Assembly (NCBI GenBank): GCA_051362555.1
Contig: CM120642.1
Location: 8,556,001-8,620,000 of the forward strand
Origin: Lingula anatina
Taxonomy: Eukaryota > Animalia > Brachiopoda
Length of the DNA stretch: 64,000 nt
Reading direction: 5' to 3'
The notes below the pieces were generated by a model, which saw nothing but the letters and a program-made list of their open reading frames with translations, was not told the DNA's origin and ran no database searches. Position numbers and translations under genes: made by a program. This document shows, piece after piece, positions 60,970 to 64,000 of this stretch. Every line of letters starts with the position of its first letter. Within the stretch, counting starts at the first letter, position 1.

Positions 60970-63180
60970 GTAAGTTTCCCTATTAAATGTGATTTTTAAA
61001 ATAACTATGAATTTTTTTTTACATATACATAGTTTTATTTCATTTATTTATACACGTTTAGGCATTTTGTTCTTTTGTAGTAATTCTAACTGAAATATTT
61101 GCGCTGGTTTGTAAGTTTTATTTAACTCGCATAGAAAAATTATAGGCAAAACTTTCTTTTTGAAAGGTACTTTTTCAATTGAAGATGTGATGTATATTGC
61201 CAGCGTTTCCTTTCCATGCTACAAAAAAAAAAAGACGTTCACTGTAATATTTAAACATTAAAACGTTTCTGAGCATTGTGGCCTTACTAAAAGTATAAGA
61301 TTTTCCAGGAACGAGCTTTTGGTTATGTGCCCTAAAAGAATTGTATTTGTTGGCATTGGCTGTGTATTAGGCCCAGGCATCTATCTTTACTCACAGCATC
61401 TGCCTTCGTTTATTTACTATACGTAACTGACAAGATGCATGTACAATCACGAGAAAAAGTGATGAACGAAAAAGATTTATTAAGTTAAAAAATCATACCT
61501 CCTTCAAAACACTAAAAATAGATAATAGATTAATGCTAAATGAGAAGTGAAAATGAATTAATAAGATATCTGCGCTTTTAATAAGGCATAAAAGTGTTCG
61601 TTTATTTTCCCTAAATGATGATAATTCACTTTATATTATACCTTCCACTCCAAACGCGATCACTGCCTTGTTTTTCATTTCAATTTTGGATCGTATGGAT
61701 TATCATACAGGAGTTTATACGTTATTTCTCCAAGGTTTTTTTATTATTATTTGCTACAACCACTTGGTGTGACTGAATCGTTTTACCCCCGCCATAAATG
61801 CCATGAAAACACCAACTGCATCCAAAACTATTATACCCATCATAACACACACTAGCAATTGTTAGTGGAAATGCATGGAATTAGCAGATGGATATGCTCA
61901 CAGCGGTACAAGAAGAACGGATGCGTTTGTTCCGGGAGTGTTCCCGATTCCCGTACTGTTCGATTGTCCTCGTTCTCTTTTTGCACCCATTAACCTCCCC
62001 TCTCAGCTATCTCCTTACGCAAGAACCAGAGACACAGGTGGATCGTATGAACTTTTACTTCTTGCAGGGCGCATGTACTTGACTGATACCACTTTTTTAT
62101 TGATGTTTCCGTCGACTTGCCTTGTACTGAGATACAGAAGTGCAGGTTCAAGTTGCAAATGTTTATCGTTTCCGCATTTTAGTAATCGCACCTAACCGCC
62201 GAAAATGTGAAGAATCCATTATTTTTTTCTTTTTTATTCTTATTAGTTTTTGACAGTTTGGAAAGAGGAAAATAATTGATTAGCTTCTCTGAGCTAACTG
62301 TCATATTTAACGTATGTGTGCGTGCAGGTACGTGTGCGCGTGTGCTGACGAAGAAGAAGGATACACATTGGACATTGGTTTGCGAACAAACAGTGAAGTG
62401 AGTTGAAACGAAACGATATTCAAACGCTTAATAAACCATTGAAAAACATGTTGCTACTAGGAACCAACGTTTTGCGATTTCGAAGAAAATTGGTTTGGTT
62501 TGTTTTACAAACACAATTAAGACAGCGTCCCAAAGAAAGCTCATTTTTTGGCACTCGAGATGTGTAAGCAAATAAAATCGTTGGGTTTGGATGAACAATT
62601 TCCAATTGGGGGTTCTCGGTGTGGCACAAGAAACTTGTTTGAATGAAATATTAAATTACAAAAGATAAAAGTAAATTAAATTTTTTTCGCTTTTTTTGTA
62701 CCTTAACCATGCTGGTGAGCCTATTTTTTAAAAACTTTCATTACCTGGTAGTAATAATACCAATAGCCTCTTTATCTACTAAAAACTACCATGTGTTCTT
62801 CTTGTTGGAAATAGCAAAAAAATATTTTAAATATTCAAAAACCAAGTATGGAATGGATTTATTTAATATCTAAGATAAAATGATATTTATATTTTCCATT
62901 TTCGTAGATTGTTTTGAAGACGGCCGAAAAATTGATTTTCGAATTTCCCATCTCAACACCCTAATGCAATCTTTCCATTTTTAACTACGAATTGATCATT
63001 TTGGTAGAATTTTTTTTCTTTTTTTAAGGGGGCGACTACTATATCACTCGGGCACTCTTCTTCTTAGACTCTTCATGGCGAGTATCTGGTAAAAGAACTT
63101 TTGATCCACTGATACATGAAGTTTACAGGCCTTACATACAACCTTATGTACAACCGGGCATTATTCCCATTATAAGTAAC

Positions 63181-63382
63181 TGTAAGCTTGAGGCACATCC
63201 TGATAACGCTTCGCCAATTTTCTTATATATTAATCGATGGACTGTATAGGGTCAAGTCGATGAAAAAGGTGGTGGTGGTGGTGGTGGTGGTGGGGGGGGG
63301 GGGGGGGGGCGCTTATCCTGGCGTTCGCCTAGAACATCTTTCATGTTCTTTTAAACCTTTTTGTGGGGTTGTGCCACTAAAA

Positions 63383-63422
<40 letters not shown>

Positions 63423-63445
63423 TCCTCTCTCTCTCTCTCTCTCTC

Positions 63446-63491
<46 letters not shown>

Positions 63492-63716
63492 TCTCTCTCT
63501 CTCTCTCTCTCTTGCAGCACATTTCACCTGTAAGCTTAAGGCACTTCCTGAAAATGCTCCGCCAATTTACTTTTGATATTAATCGATGGACTGTGGAGAG
63601 TCAAACCTCTGTGTGTAAAGAGGGGGAATAGAGTACCCTGGCGTTTGCCAATGACATCTGGTTCGCGTCCATGTTCTTTTAAAATTTTTTTGCGGGATTG
63701 TGCAACTAAAATTCTT

Positions 63717-63754
<38 letters not shown>

Positions 63755-63800
63755 CCCCCCCCTCTCTCTCTCTTGCAGCAGCAGATTTTACCTCCTATAA
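63181..63800. repeat. Diverged tandem dimer (units of about 350 and 270 bp), each containing a (CT)n microsatellite
   Basis: TGTAAGCTT.AGGCAC.TCCTGA...ATTAATCGATGGACTGT occurs at ~63181 and ~63529. Each is followed by CCTGGCGTT..., CATGTTCTTTTAAA, (CT)n and TGCAGCA. Confidence 0.85.
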
Positions 63801-64000
63801 ATTCAAAATTAAATTTCAAAGTGTTCAAGGGGAAGCTTTTCGACCACATGCCACACTGACCATAGGTCACTGTGTAGCCACGCCAGTGATGACCACCTTG
63901 GTGGGAAATCCGTATTCCTTCATTGTTTGCTTTAAGTGTTGGGACCTACCTGCTCATTGTTAGGTACATAAAACAAGCCAAACAGCAAAATGGGTTTATT

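Noticed and set aside
62908-62984. Possible second exon of the secreted protein after a tttcgtag acceptor
   Set aside because: Stops after about 25 codons with no resemblance to an expected domain.
63188-63963. Leu/Ser- and Arg/Glu-repeat ORFs
   Set aside because: Translations of (CT)n and (GGT)n microsatellites.

Overview
AT-rich, intron-containing animal genomic DNA. The gene set and MITE types suggest a marine invertebrate, probably a lophotrochozoan (inference). Splicing by hand gives eight protein-coding genes: (1) the 5' part of THOC2 (- strand, 8 exons, apparently continuing off the left edge); (2) a 2-exon 5-HT2-like aminergic GPCR (+) apparently nested antisense in a THOC2 intron; (3) ALKBH8 (+, 11 exons), head-to-head with THOC2; (4) THEM6 (-, 3 exons); (5) an intronless 1000-aa orphan multipass membrane protein (-); (6) a 3-exon 573-aa CARD/coiled-coil/CHORD-like zinc-finger protein (-) whose CARD exons are missing from the ORF track; (7) CHIC1/2 (-, 6 exons); (8) the first exon of a secreted protein (+) behind a TATA/Inr promoter. 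Notable non-coding structure: a 54-bp tandem array that amplifies the CHIC exon-3 end plus its splice donor in frame (~21 donor copies), a 935-bp near-perfect foldback element, a >=1.7-kb dispersed duplication with a MITE in one copy only, and several other MITEs. All calls come from reading the sequence and recalled homologs; no searches were run.
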